Positions 1 through 13,810 of a stretch of 64,000 bases of DNA are shown one piece after another. Every line of letters begins with the position of its first letter. The first letter of the stretch is position 1. The position numbers were made by a program, and so were the translations under genes. The notes beneath the pieces are model-generated. The model saw nothing but the letters and a program-made list of their open reading frames with translations, did not search any database and was not told where the DNA came from. Source of the DNA: Gracilinanus agilis (lineage: Eukaryota); contig NC_058131.1 of assembly GCF_016433145.1 (NCBI RefSeq), positions 642,406,862 to 642,470,861 of the forward strand. The letters are read 5' to 3'.

Positions 1-499
1 CTGACACATGCCTGTTGTGTGATCCTGGGCAAGTCATTTAACCTCTTATTGTCCCCAGGCAATTCTAAGATTATCAACTGCAGGGCAGGTACTAATCTTC
101 TTTGGTAGGGGGGCCAAGGAAATCATAGGTCTGCTCTAAAAAATATACAGTTCCTTAATAATAGTAGTTTCCCTCACATCCCACACCAAAGCCTCTGCCA
201 AGAAAACATAAACTCTGGTAGGCCCAGACAAACTGGAAAGGTTCTTAGCATTCACATAAGAACAGGCTCTGTCTTTGCATTCTCAGGACCTAACACAGTA
301 TACAGCACAGAGAAAGTGCTCAATAAATGAACTGAATTGATTCTCTGGTATGATCTGTAGTAATAGAGGAATCGCTCAAATCAATGAAAAAACATGTTTT
401 GAAGAATAATAGCAATATTAGATACTTTAGAGTCTGATCCCTAGAAATGCATTTATTCTTCATAGTTGCAAGGTCATCTGTCATAAGCTGCTCCTTTCA

Positions 500-1895
500 T
501 ATTCCAAACATAAAAACCCTTGACATCCCATTCTATTTTCTCCTGCTTTGTTCCAAAGAGATGGCAATTCTTTTTCCAGCCAAAGCCAAATCCTTTACCT
601 GTATCCTTGGTTATATCCCCTCCTGTCTCCTATAGCAACTTGTCCCTTTAGGTACCAATACTAACACCTAATTTTAAATCTCTTCTTGCCTATTAACTCT
701 TTATTTACTCCCTAAAAATATACCTACTAGTCTTTAAAAAACTTTATTCTCTCACACTCTCAAGCTATCATCCTATACATTTTCCCTTCCCTTCCACAGT
801 CAAATGCTTTTTGTCTTTCTCCTCCTATCTGACCACTACTCTCCTTTCCCAGATCATGTCTTGTCACCATTTATAATTATACTTGAGAGCTATCCCTAAC
901 TCTTCTTTCCTCCTCACTCCACACCATTCTTGGTGATCTCTTCATCTGTCATGGGAATAACCATCTTTATAGAGATGATGCCTAGAACAATATATCTCCC
1001 TCTAATTTCCTTCCTAAACTCTAATAATACATATCAGTAACTACCCATTGGAAATCTCTAACTGGGTATCCCTTAGGTATCTCAAACTCAATATGTCTAA
1101 AATAGAATTCATCTTTTCTACCAGATTTACTCTTCTTCTAAATATCTTTCTATCTACTTAATCACCCAGATTCACACCCTTGGAACTAGATTCAGCACTT
1201 TCATTTTCTCCAGTCCCCAAACTCCCACCTCAACACAAATCCAACTTGTATCCAATTATTGTTTTTACCTCCACGGTATCTCTTGAATGCATGATTTCCT
1301 CTCCACTTATATGGCCACCACCTTAGTTCAGGCCTTAGATACCTCTCACCTACTCTATAGCAATGCCCTCCAAAGTGGATTCCTGGATCCAGTCTTCCTC
1401 CCTCTTCAACAACTCCACAGAGCTACAGATTTGATTGTGTCAATTCCCTGACATCAAGGACCTTTGAGAATTTCTTATGTGTCTAGAATAAAACACAAAC
1501 TCTTCAGTTTGACCTTTAAAGTCCTTTAGATATGGGTCCACCTCAATTTTCTAGGTTTATTGTATATAATTCTCCTTCATGCTTACTACTCAGGTGTACA
1601 GGTCTATCTGCTGTTTCTAAACTCAGTATTCCCTTCTTCTGCCTGTATATCCCTCCTTACATTCATTCCTTAGAATGCCTAACTTCCTTCAGGGCTTAGC
1701 TCATGTGCACCTTCTTTTGGGAAACCATTCTTCATACTCCTTGTCATTGGTAACCTTTTCTTCATCTAATCATCATGAATATACTTGTGTTTCCACACAG
1801 AACGTAGTTCTTTGGGGGTGGGGACCATCTTTTTTCACTTTTCTATCACCAGGCAAAGCATAGTGACTTGTATACAATAGGTTAGTATTAAATAA
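500..1895 (+). mobile_element. L2 remnant with 3' end
   Basis: Pyrimidine-rich L2 ORF2-like sequence (catctcaaactcaatatgtctaaaatagaattcatc) ending in gcatagtgacttgtatacaataggttagtattaaat. Confidence 0.7.
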
Positions 1896-4800
1896 GCGAC
1901 AGATTAGAAGGGACCTTACCTTAGAGATCACTTAATACAACCTATGTCAGAGTAGGAATCCCCTCAACAGGATCCAACTACCTTGTCACAAAGGAATTTG
2001 TAATAATGTTCAATGCAAGCAAAGGATTTGCTGGCATTCAGAAATTATTATATACAGTAAAGAATGTTCACTAGCTTGCAAGTAAGGAACAGGAATTTTG
2101 GTTAAATTTTTTAACTCAGGCTTAATGCAGAAAAGCCCATTTCTAAATTTCTGAAATATGCTAGAAGACTTTCCAGCTTAGTAGAAAAAAAGTTTGGGAT
2201 AATTTAATCCTTTTTTTTGAAGATTAATAAAATTTCAGCATCTCGTGTCAATATTACACAGCAGGTAAACATTTTACAGTCCTACAAATGGTGAAACCAC
2301 TTGCCTATATATCATTGAGAGAAAATATATAGCTGGTTAAGAGTTCTAGCTAATTGAGGCTTTACTGTGGCAAGTTAAATGCAAGTGAAAACCCTCAGTC
2401 AGAGAGAACAAAAATATTTTGTCTCAGTAGCCAACTAAGAAAAACGTAAAAATTTAAAAAAAAATAATTAAATAAACTAAAGTGAGGGATGCTGCCATAC
2501 CTTGAAAATTGATGCCTGACTCTACTCACAACACACTATTAGGCTCAGACTGTTACCTTGAAGAGGTACTAGACAGACTAGACTAGTGGGTACTGCTCAT
2601 AGAGATGGAGCTCAGAAAGTTGTTTCATCTTAAAAATTTTAATTTATAAATAACTTCAGAAACCTTATCACCAACCAGAAAATTACTAGTCTTTTTTCTT
2701 AAAGCCAAACCTCCTGCCAGCTGGATTTTCATCATTCTTGTGTCCAATCAACCTCTTGCTGTCAGCTGTATCTCTTCCTACTTTCTAAAATACTCAGACT
2801 GGTGTCTCTGTAAACAAATCAACATAAACAAAGGCAAAACTGGAAATGAGCTTATTTCCTGGGAAAACAGAGCTTTGAGGACATCAGTGTTTTCTATCAA
2901 TGCTATCTGAGCTGCTAAAGTGTACCTAGAACGGGAAGCTTCCCAAACAGTAGACATCTGCCTTACTATCCTGACCACATGGTGTTTTACAGTAGGGTGA
3001 CATGATTTTGGAGCAAGTCTTTGAAATAAGAAAGGATGAGTCCAAAAAACAAAATAAAACACAACAAAAACCTCGAGAGAGCTGGAAAGGACCTTGACTT
3101 TGATCTAGAATAAGACCCTCATTTTAAAGAAAGCTCACTTACATTAAAAAAAAATAGCAGTCACAAAATCAAGAGAAAAAAGTATCCAAGTAAAACAAAT
3201 CCAAAGGGAATTCAAAAGCAAAGGATGTTTATATTAGCACACATAAACATTGTTTATAAAAATTGTTAATAATATGGAGTTTGTGATTTTGCACATTAGT
3301 TTTTTATTTGTTATTTAAATGTTTTTCGGTGGTGGTGGTGTTTATTAAATATATAATTTTAAAAACTGAAGAAAAAATAAAATAAAGACAGCTCACATTT
3401 ACATATTGAGTTACAGGTTTATAACCCTTTTACGGAAAAAGGTGCTGTCCAGAGAAATTATTTGCCAAAGATCACCCACCGACAGTGGTAAATCAAATAT
3501 TAGAAGCCCAATTTCCTAAGTGCCCACCCAGTTCTCCTTCTCTGCCATGACAGTGCTTCTTAGTTCATTATGACTGGGGAGACTGATGCAGAAAATCTCA
3601 TGCTAATTCCCTTTTCAGAGATATGTTCATTTCCTAACTAGATAAAAGGATTAAACATTTGCAAATGGTTAACTAGGATATGTAAAAAGACAAAAGGCTA
3701 CTGGGCCAGAGTTGGAAGTGGAAGTTAGGAAATGTAACTTTAACTGGTATAACCAAGATTTATATCTAAAAAATTTTTGAAATGTACCCCACCCTCTTGT
3801 CCTGAGATGGGAGATTATGGGTATGGAATATCACACATAGGGTTAGACATGAATATTGTGAGGTTCTCCCCCAATATTTTTTTTTTTTAATTCATGACAG
3901 GGCTCGTTGGAAAGACGAAATTGGTAGACACAACAAATGATAAAACAAAACAAAACAAAATGTCATTATATGAGACTATCCTCCTAAGAAGATGTGACTT
4001 TGAATTTGGTTGCTGATAAGATGAAGTCATCTTCCCAAAATCCCAGAGAGATACCAATCAAAGATATAACAAATTCATGAAGAGCTGTGTCATCTTGGTA
4101 TTTTAGCCTATAATGGTAAATACAAAGAGGAAGGGAGTGTTCTGCAAAAAGGCTAAGAAAGGACATTCAACAAGGATTTATCAGTGTACCACTGGGCAGG
4201 GACGGGGGGGGGGGGGGGAGAAGAGGGGGGAAGGGGTAGATGACCTTCCACCATGCATATGCTGATCCATTTGCCGAGTATACCCCCTAGGATGGATTCA
4301 CATTAGCTGACATTTATACTGCATAACATCCTGAAGTTTGGAGAGCACCTTACATAACACATCTCATTTGATAAGCTACTATCATAGGTTTATGATGGTA
4401 CTGCTTCAGGTAATCCAATTTCCTCTCTTGCACCTCTGTTGTTACCAAAATGCCACCTGCTCTAAATGTGACCCCCCCAAAAGGCTTTCCCAGCAAGAAG
4501 ACAACATGCTGACCAGATGATATAAGTTTTCTGGTTGCCTTAGCAGTTAAAACATCCCTCAAGTAGACTTAGACCATGGCATTCTCATTTATCATTCACT
4601 CTCCCCTTAGTTTGCTTAGCTTAAATCAGTTCCCCAGAGCCTGGTTAGCACCAGATAAACTAATTAAAAAAAAAAACATGCTTCTGAAACTAGGTGGTTT
4701 TGGACTCCACATGGTCTTTCTATGGCACAGGTACCCCTCAAGGCTCTAGTCTTCAACCCGGTAGGTTTCTTTGTACAGCTATATTAAGAAGAGATATGAG

Positions 4801-5469
4801 GCACACAGTAACAGTCATGTTAGAAGGAACTTCTACAATGGAATCAATTCTATTTAGACCCAGATAGTATACTATTAAAAGACTTATTTTCCAACAAGAA
4901 AAACTGAAATATACACTGCAAGTATTCTAGCTTGGGGGATGGGGGATACTGAAAAAAGCGTAATAATAGGAAATTATGCTATTAAAATGTTATGGGTGAT
5001 TTAATGGTACTAAGCTCTAATACCAGTTCTAATAGAAGGAAGTATATTGTTTCAGAACTAATCTATTCCAAGAATATTGGACAAGTGACAAGACTCATTG
5101 ATTAATCACAGTGTTCTTGATTTTCCTTCCTCTGCATGCATCAATACATGAGACTTAAGGTTTCTCAGAACAGCAAAAGTCTAGATGTTATTTTTAGAGG
5201 CTTTTCTATCACTTTCCCCCAAAGGTTTGCCTCTTGTTATTAGAGATACAAGTGTTGGTCATGAGGTCTAACAGCAACAGCTCATCTATCCTCTTAAGCT
5301 CAATCTATCTTTCCTCCAATTCCACACCACATCCCCACTCTCAGCACCTTCCAACACTATCAAATAGCCCCCCACTTCAAATTACAAATAGTTAGTTACT
5401 AAAAACTGTATTATCTATTTGCTTTAGCTAACTGAAGTCAGTGTTATGGTAGCAACAATAATAAAAAGG

Positions 5470-5906
5470 TAAACCTGAGGCTGCTTTTGCTACATTGGAA
5501 TTTCAACATGGGAGATGTACGCAAGTAACTAGTTAGAAGGGATAAATAAAAAGACATGTCAAAGATGATCACCAGAAGAATGGTGGTATATCTGACCCCC
5601 AAAAGGAAGGTGGAAAGATGAACTGCTTAGGAGAACCAAGATTTCAGTTTTAATTATCCTCTATTTGAGGTATTGAAAGGATATCCAAATGAAGATGCTG
5701 AATGGTCAGTTGGAAGTGCTAGATTAAATGTAATTAGAACATTTTTTAAGTATGTAACTGGCATTTGGGATAAAAAGACAAAAAAAAATAGTCCTTGCCC
5801 TCAAGAAGTTTACATTCTACTTAAAGGATACAGTATGTGCACATGCAAATATTTAGCATATGCAAATGAAAAATAAAATATTTTTAAAGTAATATCAAAT
5901 AATTTC

Positions 5907-5960
<54 letters not shown>

Positions 5961-6560
5961 TAATATAACAAGAGGTAGGGAGGGAAGAAAATCAGGAAAG
6001 GTCTCAAGGAAGAGAAGGTCCCTTGGCTATACCTGGAGACTGAAAAACAGGTGGAGAAAGAAAGAGTTAGACCAAAGATGCAGAAGTAAATGCTCTTGAG
6101 TTGAAGCCATAGAAGTAAGTTTACTAAAGAAGTAAGCTTAGAGAAGAAAGAGCAGAAGAGCAAGAAGGAAAAAAACCTGGAAGACACCCCCCCCCATTAA
6201 AGGACATAAATATTAGGAAGAATCAAAAAAAATAGAAAAGGAGTTTGTTACCAGTACAAGAGAAAAATCTAGAAGTTATAATATTGAAGGAGAAAAGGTC
6301 ACTTGAATTTGCCAGAAGGGGATGCACTGGTAATCTTAGAAAAAATATTTTTTGTTAGGCTGGTAAGAACAGACACTAGAGGATGAGCAGTTAAAAAAAT
6401 ATAAGTAGACAAATAGTAAAAGTGGTAAGGATATAGACCATATCAGGGGAAGATGAGAATCAGTAGAACCTAGAAGAATAACAGTATCAATCCAAAAAGA
6501 TAAACATACTTGAACATATTTGAAAATGGATAAGAACAAAAATGTTTAAAAGAGAGAGGC
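5470..6560 (-). mobile_element. L2 remnant(s), minus strand, interrupted by (GA)n
   Basis: Purine-rich inverse L2-like motifs such as gaaaggatatccaaatgaagatgctgaatggtcagttgg. Confidence 0.5.
5912..5957. repeat. (GA)n microsatellite
   Basis: Perfect dinucleotide run. Confidence 0.98.
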
Positions 6561-7435
6561 TGAGGTTCTAAAGGAGTGGATCTTCAAATGTTCTTTTTAA
6601 ACTAGACCTATGACTTAAATGGGTAGGAAACTTAACAATGCAGATTAGAACCTACATTGCAAATAGTAGTCTTAGAGTGCTGTCTGGTCACATAACCATT
6701 ATGTCTAGAGACATGACTCTGAATCCAGATGTTTCTGACACTGAGACTACCCAGTTGTGACTCCAAAGCACTAGTGATCAGCAAATATGAAGCAGCATCA
6801 TATCCCATCCTCTCTGGAGAGTCAGTTGGAGAGTTTGTCTCCCACATAACCACACCTCCACCCCTTTTCTCTGCAATTTGAGCTCCTGGACTCTGCCCTT
6901 CTGAGTCAAGCTGTGACCTTAGTAAATAACAATCTAAATGCACCCATAGCAATAGCTTATGCAGGTGTCATTGAGAAAGTCCCCACACCCATCTGCCCAC
7001 AAGATGCTCACCTCTCTTCTTCTATTACTTCAAGGTTGCAATAGTCATTCATCAGAGGGTGAAGTTTGTTCTCTGGAGAGTATCAGGTGACTATGAGCCC
7101 TATCCCTTTTTCATTTTGAGTGAGAGAGAGTCAATCATGCAGGATAAGTAAGCATAAATGGGTTGCAATCTTCATCCTAGAATTCTTAACATTCTCTCTC
7201 TTCCTAAATTCACCCCTACTCTGAACTTCCCTTCTACTCCTGAGGTACACCATCTTTCCAGTTGCCCAAGTCTAGATCCTTGGGCTCATCTTTGACCCTT
7301 CAACTTTTTCTCTTCCCTATAAAACCAATCAGTTCCAAGTATTGTTATGTCTCTATCCACAACATCTCTCCCCTTTCTTCTACTCATGAACCCCCTGGTT
7401 CAAGCCCTTACTGGCTCTCTCCTAGATGTTAGCAA

Positions 7436-7700
7436 TAGGCTTGAAAGATCTGAGTTTGAATTTTACCTCAGACATTACTAGTTGGGTGACCCAGGGAAAG
7501 TCACTTAACCTCTTTCAGTCTCAGTTTTTCCATCTATAAAATGAAGATATGATAATATTTGCTTCATAGGGTTGGGTTGTTAGGATCAAATGAGGCTAAT
7601 ATATGTTAAGTGCTTTATAGCTTTATTTTTTAAATCTATTACATAATTATTTTTATTACATAGCTTAAAGAGGTATATAAATGTTTTTCATTTTAAAATT
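7436..7700 (+). mobile_element. MIR nested within an L2 remnant (about 7180-8030)
   Basis: Core gtgacccagggaaagtcacttaacctctttcagtctcagtttttccatctataaaatg. Confidence 0.8.
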
Positions 7701-7719
7701 TATTATTATAGAGTAAACT

Positions 7720-7913
7720 CAGTGTTTCCCAAAGTGGGCACTACTGCCCGCTGGTGGGTGCTACAGCAATCCAGGGGACCGGTGATGGCCACAGGTGCAT
7801 TTATCTTTCCTATTAATTGCTATTAAACTTTTAAAAAAATTAATTTCCAAGGGGCTAAGTAATTTTTTTTTTTGGAAAGGGAGTGGTAGGCCAAAAAAGT
7901 TTGGGAACCACTG
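7720..7913 (+). mobile_element. hAT-type MITE
   Basis: TIRs cagtgtttcccaaagt and agtttgggaaccactg. Flanks gagtaa(a)ct and gagtaact form an 8-bp TSD with one indel. Confidence 0.82.
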
Positions 7914-8177
7914 GAGTAACTGGTCTCCCTATCTCAACTGTCTCCTCTAGTCCATCCTCCATGCAGTTACCAAAGTGATTTTTTCCCCACAGCATAGTTC
8001 TGACCATTTCATTCCCTCTAGTCAAAGGGTCTCATCCTTCTAATGATTTCATGCATTTTTAGCTAAAAGATGTTTAGAAGTATAAGCTGGGTTTTTTAAT
8101 TGATTAATTGGGCAGACTAGGCATTTAATCTGGGAGATTTCAACATAGTTGTCTCCCAACAGAATCACAGGGGGGAT

Positions 8178-8862
8178 TGTGAAAGGGAATTTTTTTTTTT
8201 ATTCCCTTTGTCTATTTTAAGTTAATCAATCATGAATTTGAAGTACCACTACTTAACAAAGAGATTTCACATTTAGTCATTAACACTTAGTCCTAAAAGG
8301 CTACACAAGCACTGTCCCCCTCACCCCCTGGGCAGTGCTGGGCAAACTGAGAGACTTTTGATTGGTTCCTTAGATGTGACAGACAAGCCCACAGTGAAAG
8401 GAAGGAGAAACCAGAGAGGCAGGAAGTGACATGGAGAAAACTACTTATAAAAGTCGGCAAAGGGCATTCTGATTCATTTGACTTCTACTGCCTTGGTGGC
8501 TCTTGCTGAAGGAGGACTTCTCCATTGGTACCTCTGCATTGGAGAGATTCTTCTGCCTTGGACTTCTGCATTGGAGATTGAGTCTGAGCTGGTAAGACTC
8601 TTGCTAAAGAAACTACCATGACTCCTGGTTGGAGATCAGGACCTGAGGGAGCTTTGTCAGATTTGAGCTGAATTTCTTTGGATTGGCAATTATAGGGTAT
8701 TTAGCTAGGCAATATTTTCTACCTCCTTCCTACATTTCCCTCTTTACTATTTCCTGCTGTAATAAAGCTACTAACATACTTATAGTTTAATTTTTATAAA
8801 TGGCGACCACAATGATTCTTTTTTAACTCATAAATTTAGTCAAACCATTTTTAACCCTTACA
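8178..8862 (+). mobile_element. Solo-LTR-like element
   Basis: TG...CA termini. In order it contains ATTGG (8361), AGGAAGTG (8421), TATAAAA (8446), a GTAAGA donor (8592) and AATAAA (8761). No TSD was found. Confidence 0.6.
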
Positions 8863-8874
8863 CAGTTTTGTGGG

Positions 8875-9040
8875 GATCAACTAGGTGGTGCAATGGATAG
8901 AGCACCAGGCACAGGTTTGGGAAGACCTAGGTTCTGGCCTCAGATACTTCCTAGCTATATGAACCTACGCAAGTCAGTTAGCCCCATTTGTTTGGTCTTT
9001 GCCTTTCTGTTTTGGAGTTGTTACTAAGTCATAAAAGTTT
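8875..9040 (+). mobile_element. CORE-SINE
   Basis: Contains ctaggtggtgcaatggatagagcaccagg...cagatacttcctagct. Confidence 0.75.
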
Positions 9041-12000
9041 TTTAATGTCGAGTTTTTGTCTAAATTTTTTATTTTACTTAATTAGAATAGTAGTACATAT
9101 AATTTATAAGTAAATAGACACCTGTAGAAGAAGGTGTTCAAAGATGGTTAAATAATAAAGAATATTTGATAAAAAAAAAAAGCTTGGAAATTACCTTATA
9201 ATAATGTTTTACTATAACCCCTCAATTTTAGATATTCAGAAGTGAAAAAAGTTTTGAGAATGGAGAGGTCGAAAGCACCAATATTGGGGCAGTATGGTGA
9301 TGATGGCATTAGGAAATTTATATCAAAATATCTCAATTCTTTATAAAGTGAAAGGAAAAAAATTCTAAAACAAACCATTGTGATAAATTTAGGGTTACTG
9401 ATCTAGAACTGGAAGGTGCTTCGGAGAAATCTAGTCCAGTCCTCTCATTTTACAGATGAAGTCAGTGAGGCTCCAGGATGTTAAATTTGAAAGGTGAGAT
9501 TGTATCTGATTTTCCCTCCTATACCATACTAGATATTCTAGGAAAGACAAGGCTGGTGAAGAGCAGGGAAAGAATTGATGAGGAATAGATGGCACAGTGG
9601 CCAGAGAGCTGGACCTGTAGTCAGAAGATCTGTGTTCAAAGGCAGTTTTAGACATTCACCTTTTCTTCTGACTACAAATAATCTTTAGTTTTGGAGAAAT
9701 TACTGAGAAAAGGAGAGAGGAAGATCTTGGTACACTGGCAGGAGAAATGAGAAAGTCTCTCAGTTGTAAATATGAACCAGGTATTCCAGTGAAGAAGGAA
9801 AGCCTTTGGCAACTTCCCAAATAAGGAACAGCTCCTTGGATGGGAAGTTGGGGAGGGAGAAGGGGAGAGGTTCAAATATATTTGCTCCTTGAGGCAGCTC
9901 TGACTGAAGTGATCTCCTGGGGATCCTTTGGGAGGTGGGCAATTTGACACATATGGGTCACTGGCAAATAAAATATTTATGGGGAAACTATATCATTGAA
10001 TGAACCATGCCACACTTACAATCCCTTTCCTTACAACCCTCTGGAGAGAAGGGGGCATGCTAGCTATCAATCCTTATGGCAAGATAATCAGCAGTGGCAA
10101 CAGGATAGATGGCAATGATGACCAACCTGCATAGTAAATGAACAATTACCCAAAGGCCATTCTTGGCCAGCTAGCTGTGGCTTGTAAACACTTTCCATGA
10201 GAACAATATGAACTTTCCACAGATCTGAAATCTCACTCAAGTCGATACTGCCCTTCCCTTCATCCCCCACCAACCAGTATAGGCAGCAACCCAGTATAAG
10301 ACACACCCTCTCCTCTTATGTCATTCTTGCCTAGATTCTCCCACGAATCCTTCCTACCAGAGCCACCCAATGTAATGGAAGCCTTCCTCTTGTTCTTTTA
10401 ATATTTCACATTTATGAGTCTAATATACTAGGGCTGCTATCCCTCACCCTTAATACGTAACCTCCATTTCTGGTCATGCAAGTACTTAATATGATCTTTT
10501 GCATCACTTTTCTCCTGCAAGTCATTGTTGTTTGTTAATAAGCTACAAGCCTATTTATCCCTTGAGTCACCTATAATTTTAAATCTACTGAAGTTCCATG
10601 AGTCACAGACATATAGAATTACTGGGAGAATTTAGGGGAGAATGCTGGGGATGGGCACCTAGAGACCTGTGATTTTTGACTGGTTGGAAATGCTCATAGA
10701 AGAGGAAACTTCCCCTAAAGAAAAACTAGGACTGTGGTACAACTTAGTGAGTTGTAGGGGAATGGGGGCAATGGAGAATGGTCCTCAGAGATTTAGTGGC
10801 TTCTCAAGGGTCACACAGAGCCAGCAGGCTCAGAAACAGAACTTGAATTTGAGTATTCCTGACCCAGAGACCCAGGTCTCTGTCCATACCACCCCCCTCA
10901 CTGGGAGAATACCTGTGTTCAAAAAAGATGACTTTTATAGTAGAGAACATCTATCATTCAAAACTCCATGCATTTGAAGAATTTGTTTCAGTCTAATTTC
11001 TTTCTCCTGCTGAATTCTAAGCCCAACTCATTGATTATCTGCAACGTCTCTATAGACACTGAGGAACTAACTAAATAGGCTGCCCATCCAACAACATACA
11101 TTATCATGCAAAATGCCTTTTTCATTTCCTTGGTTTTTCTTGTATATTGCTAGGCTTATCTCTTGAGTGGCCATGCATCTCAATGAGAAAATTCCATGGT
11201 TCTATGCAATAAGGTCAATATCATCCACCAACAGCAACATTGATAGAGCCTCTATCATTAATTAGGAGACAGGTAGGGGGAAATCAAAGGGGAAAAAAAC
11301 TTCAAGAAAATTAAAAGGAAAAATGGAGTAGCATGACACCAAAGCAACAGCCTAAATGCAACTGTAGCTGTAATTAAGTCAGAGATTTCTATTTAAGGTT
11401 TCCTCTACAATAAAATTCTGCAATTTGGACTAATTGATGAGAAGGTCATGCTGAATTAGTGAAAAATCTTAATCTTAGAATATTTTAAAAGAAATGCAGT
11501 TTAATTAATTTCAGATACCAACCAGAGCTAGAAGAAGGCTAATAAGGTATTACTTAGTAAAGGTCCTTAGGGAACTTGTTTTCAAAGGCTATGAATAAAT
11601 TGTAGCCAGGCTACTAGCAGCAGTCAGCACGTAAATGGTGATTCCTAAAGTCCTGGGGGTACTTAAAAAGTTTACTCTCAAAAAGTTTAAACATTTCTTC
11701 ACATAACTATTTTTATACCATCAACTTGCTTAATAAACCCATTTGCTGAGAATGCAGAGTTAAATTTTAGTATAGTCCCTAGTTTAATTATTCAAATTTT
11801 CAATTAACTGAGATTTTACTATATTCTCATGTCTACTTTTCAGAAATAAGAAACTTTAAGAGAAAGAGAAAGATTGTTTGGTATTGAATTAACAGATCCC
11901 AACTAAATTCAGAAGTAGAGTATATTTGTGATTCATATATGCATGTTAATTGTTCAATTTATTATATATTTAAAATGAACAGGAAACTGTACTTGATAGA

Positions 12001-12329
12001 AATTAATAGTTTTGCATATAATCATATTTTTCTGTTCCATTTTGCATATGGTAATGCTCATCTCATCTGATACTTACAGATAAAAAAATTTTAATAAAAA
12101 TAGGTAGCCTAGCATAAGGGACAAAGAGAGCCCTCTTGAAGTCAAGAATTGGATTCATGTCCTATCTCTGATACATCCTGATTCCCCCCCAACTACTAGT
12201 GTCCTCCCTCCCAAAATTACCTTGTATAAATTCTCCATATATTCTGTGCAGCATGCTAGGCCATATGAAATTTTTATTAATTTTTTTATTCTTAACTTAA
12301 ACATCAACTAAAATGAGCATTCCCATATG

Positions 12330-12870
12330 CAAAATATATACAAGCTCCTTAAAGCCATATGTAGAAAAATAATCATTTCAGTTCTTTCTCTATTGGCATG
12401 GAACTGGAAACTGGAGGGGAGTATAATTTAGGGAATGGCTAAGCAAAATATAGCATATGAATGGAATGGAATATTATCGTACTATAACATGATAATGGAA
12501 TATTATCATACTACATAACATGCAGACAAACCCAAGGAGATTTCCATGAATTGATTTATGATAAAGGAGAACAAGGAGGATAATTTTTACAGTAATTATA
12601 ATGTTATAAAGATAAAAAAAATTACAATGTTATAAAGATCTCTGCTTAATGCAATGACCAGCCATGATTCCAAAGGGCTGATGATGATCCACCTTCTGAC
12701 GGTTAGGATGGATTCAATGTGCAGAATGAGACAAACATTTCTGATTAGAGACAGTATGGAAATTTGTTTTATTTGACTATGCCTATTTGTTATGAGTTTT
12801 ATTTTTCTTTTCCCTTTTACAATGGGGAGAAATAAAAGAAATACTTGTTAAATAAAAATGAAGAAAATCA
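12330..12870 (+). mobile_element. Degenerate L1 3' end
   Basis: Contains ggaatggctaagcaaaatatagcatatg, aatgcaatgaccagccatgattcc and L1 3' UTR-like sequence. Confidence 0.7.
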
Positions 12871-13078
12871 GGGGCAGCTAGGTGGCTCAGTAGATTGAGA
12901 GCCGGGCCCAGAGACAAGAGGTCCTAGGTTTGAATTTGATCTCCAATACTTCTTATTAGTAACCCTGAGCAAGTCACTCAAACCCCATTGCATAGCCCTT
13001 TGTGCTCTTCCGCCCTGGAACCAATACACAGTATTGATTCCAAGATGGAAAATAAGGGTTTTTTAATATAAAAATAAA
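12871..13078 (+). mobile_element. MAR1/SINE1-related CORE-SINE
   Basis: Head ggggcagctaggtggctcag with an A-rich tail and an approximate TSD. Confidence 0.85.
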
Positions 13079-13612
13079 AATAAAGAAAATGAACTGTTAA
13101 AAGAATGTAAGTTCTTTAAGGTCCTGCAGGGATAGCTTCACTTTGGTCTTTATATCCCTAGCATTTAACATGATGCCTGCAACATAGATATGTGCCTCCT
13201 GGTGGACTGTATAACCCTGAATCTCTCAGTACTGCATTTAATTATAAAAAAACCTCTAAACTGCAGAATATCAGCACACCTGCAATGATAGTTTCCTTAT
13301 GAAAAATTTCCCCCACATGTACAACATCATAATTTAGCTCCTCTCGCCTCTTTTCTTCTGCATTTGATTACGGGTCTAAACACACATTTCTTCTGTTTCT
13401 CTCTGGCAAAATCCTATTTACCTGGTGTTTCATCTCTTACATCAGGACTTTCTCCCAAACAGCACCAAGCATACCACCCTTGTGAAAATCAGAAGGGAGG
13501 AAACAGCTTGACCCAATTGTTCTCTGGCCAAACTTGAGACTCTAGAAAATCTCTCTTCTAACATCCGTCAGATACATTTATCACTTGACATAGAGACAAA
13601 GTAATTAATTCT

Positions 13613-13810
13613 TTTTTTTTTTTTTTTAATTTTTTTAAACCCTTAACTTCTGTGTATTGGCTCCTTGGTGGAAGAGTGGTAAGGGTGAGCAATGGGGGTC
13701 AAGTGACTTGCCCAGAGTCACAGAGCTGGGAAGTGTCTGAGGCCAGATTTGAACCTAGGACCTCCCATCTCTAGGCCTGACTCTCAATCCATTGAGCTAC
13801 CCAGCTGCCC
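13613..13810 (-). mobile_element. SINE1_Mdo-like SINE
   Basis: Full consensus match. TSD is caaagtaa(t/a)taattctt. Confidence 0.9.

Noticed and set aside
4350-4562. ORF MRDVLTAK…GKPFGGVTFRAGGILV… looks protein-like
   Set aside because: No match to CPEB3 or any protein I recognise, and no flanking splice sites.
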